Source: Selaginella moellendorffii (lineage: Eukaryota > Plantae > Lycopodiophyta). Taken from it: a stretch of DNA of 64,000 bases. The notes under the pieces are model-generated. The model did not search any database and was not told where the DNA came from. It saw only the letters and a program-made list of their open reading frames with translations. Location: positions 487,236-551,235 of the forward strand of contig NW_003314310.1 in the NCBI RefSeq assembly GCF_000143415.4, written 5' to 3'. How positions within the stretch are numbered: position 1 is the first letter of the stretch; each line of letters opens with the position of its first letter. A program made the translations under genes and the position numbers. Of the stretch, positions 63,250 through 64,000 are shown piece after piece.

Positions 63250-64000
63250 AGTAGTTGTTGGACTAATTTCAAGATACCATGCCGAAGGAGCTACCGGTGG
63301 GGTTACCCCTCTATATGACCGATAAAACATAAAATCGAGTTAATCGAGAGTGCTAAGGCAATGGTTCACCTCCCCTATCGTTTGAATGAAAAAGAACTTG
63401 AGAAGCTCAAGTGCCAACTAGAAGAGTTGGTGGGTAAAGGCTATGTTAAGTTGAACAAGTCACTATATAGGGTGCCAGTGTTATTTGTGAAAAAGAAAGA
63501 TGGATACATGCACGTATAGACTACTGGTTGCTCAACAAGTATACAAAGAAGAACAAATACCCTTTACTAAAGATTGAAGAGTTGTTCGATAAGTTGGGAA
63601 AGGTGAAATACTTCTCAAGGATTGATCAAAGGTCAGGATACTACCAGATCAGGGTAGCAGAGGAAGATGTCGATAAAACAACTTGTCGGATAAGGTATGG
63701 GAGTTTTGAGTTTTTGGTGATACCCTTTAGGCTGTGCAATGTGCTAACAACGTTTTCGGTGCTAATGAACCACATTTTTGTACCCTATCTGGATCACTTC
63801 GTGGTTGTGTATATTGACGACATCCTGATCTATAGCGAGATGCTAAAGGAGCATGCCAAACACTTGATGAAGGTGTTTGAGAAACTAAGGGAACACAAGT
63901 TGTATACTAAAGAGAGCAAATATGACTTTGCTCAACAAGAGGTAAAGTTTCTCAGACATGTGGTGAGCAAGGATGGGCTCAAGGTGAACTTTGAGAAGGT
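63250..64000 (+). mobile_element. Ty3/gypsy reverse transcriptase remnant (runs off the window)
   Basis: PYRLNEKELEKLKCQLEEL, PVLFVKKKDG, YFSRIDQRSGYYQIRV, YGSFEFLVIPF, VVVYIDDILIYS. Confidence 0.92.

Overview
Gene-dense land-plant nuclear DNA with very short (~45-60 nt) GT-AG introns, telo-box promoters and many PLS-class PPR genes. This style is most consistent with the lycophyte Selaginella (inference, no search run). The ~14.7-49.3 kb core holds ordinary housekeeping genes: organellar LysRS, MAP65, ABC1 kinase, BIO2, a DUF593 myosin-binding protein, a PLS-PPR, D-lactate dehydrogenase, actin, tRNA-Leu(CAA), a GPI-type LTP, an RCC1 protein, a divergent GAPN/ALDH11, a NodH-like sulfotransferase and a U-box/ARM ligase. 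An S-motif-rich PPR and EFG1 lie at 54.6-58.8 kb. The rest is accessory or decayed DNA: retrotransposon remnants, PPR/DYW pseudogenes and three decayed copies of an AT-rich 'unknown domain + bulb-type lectin' gene. The most notable feature is at 1-9.2 kb: an apparently intact Crinkler/RHS-type (CR) P-loop NTPase + PD-(D/E)xK nuclease gene (1928-4919). It lies between two ~620-750 bp inverted copies of a repeat that carries telomeric motifs, so it is a candidate selfish or mobile NTPase-nuclease element or conflict effector. Coordinates of spliced genes and decayed elements were read by eye and are approximate at the ends.
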